Part shown: positions 62,966-64,000 of the stretch, piece by piece | Layout: each line of letters opens with the position of its first letter | How positions within the stretch are numbered: position 1 is the first letter of the stretch | Source: Octopus bimaculoides | Taxonomy: Eukaryota | Direction: 5' to 3' | DNA length: 64,000 nucleotides | Assembly: GCF_001194135.2 (NCBI RefSeq) | Contig: NC_068993.1 | Coordinates: forward strand, 62,030,352 to 62,094,351 | The notes under the pieces: generated by a model | Seen by the model: the letters and a program-made list of their open reading frames with translations, nothing else | What the model was told of the DNA's origin: nothing | The model's database searches: none | Program-made: the position numbers and the translations under genes

Positions 62966-64000
62966 GTAAGTGACCCTCCTGTCAAACCGTCCAATCCCTG
63001 CCAGCATGGAAGGTGGAGGTTTAACGATGATGATGATGATGTTAAACGGCAGCAAGGTGGCAGAATCGTTAGCACACCAGGCTAAATACTTAGTGGCACT
63101 TCATCCATCTTTACATTCTGAGTTCAAATTCTGTTCAAGGTCTGTTTTTGCCTTTCATTCTTTTGGGGCTGATAACTTAAGTACCAGTTGCATACTGGGG
63201 TTGATCTAACCGACTGGGTCCCTCCCCCAAAATTTCGGGCCTTGTGCCTAGAGTAGAAAAGAATAAAATAAGTACCAGTCGAGCACTGGGGTTGGTGTAA
63301 TTGGTTTACCCCCTCCCCTCAAATTTCCTGACCTTATGCCAAATGTTTGAAACCAATATTAATAGCTGTGGTTAGTTGAGCAAGGTATCCGATTCCTGGA
63401 AACCTTGCTAGTGGATTGAATTTGGATGATGGTTACAATGGTTACAGACTTCATGTAATAGTCCTGTTCTGTATTAAATATTCTTTTCTACGCTAGGCAC
63501 AAGGCCCGAAATTTTGAGGGAGGGGGCCAGTCGATTAGATTGACCCCAGTATGCAACTGGTACTTATTTTATCAACCCAGAAAGGATGAAAAGCAGAGTC
63601 AACCTTGGTGGAATTTGAACTCAGAACCTAAAGACAGATGAAATATCGCTAAGCATTTTGCCTGGCGTGCTAACGTTTCTGCCTGGTTGCTGCCATTCTG
63701 TATTAAATATTGACACCCACATATAAGCACTGTAGTCGCCATGTAGGTGAATTGATAAAAATATACTAAAGCAAGCCCCCCCCCCCCATGTACAATGTAA
63801 AAATCTTTGATTACTAATCTGACTTGATGATTAAGATTAATAATATTGATTATATACTATAGAGGTTTTGTAAGCTGCTACTAGAAAGGCCAAAGCCAAA
63901 TTTGTGAGTTAATTAAGACATCTTACCTCATATTTAGTCATCATACTTTAAGTTTTTTGACAATAATAGCTCTCTCTCTCTAAAGATATATATATATATA

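Overview
Repeat-rich, low-GC animal genomic DNA with five N-gaps. The SINE families and intron style suggest an Octopus (coleoid cephalopod) scaffold; this is an inference. Three spliced protein-coding genes are visible. (1) The first coding exon of RBX1 on the minus strand (146-39). (2) A complete ILVBL/HACL2 (ThDP-dependent 2-hydroxyacyl-CoA lyase 2, about 625 aa, 16 coding exons) on the plus strand from 3947 or 5709 to 23496. It has one GC-AG intron and two tandemly duplicated, intact versions of its N-terminal membrane-anchor exon. (3) The first four identifiable coding exons of a myotubularin MTMR2/MTM1-family gene (31069-62965, running out of the window). Introns and intergenic DNA are filled with tRNA-derived SINEs, decayed RTE-clade LINEs, Penelope-like fragments, mariner remnants, MITEs and microsatellites. 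The most unusual signals are: minimal type-I hammerhead ribozyme motifs from two repeat families (one at the end of a Penelope GIY-YIG ORF, one fused downstream of a tRNA-like SINE head); recurrent inverted duplications at the 5' ends of those elements; and the duplicated alternative ILVBL anchor exon.
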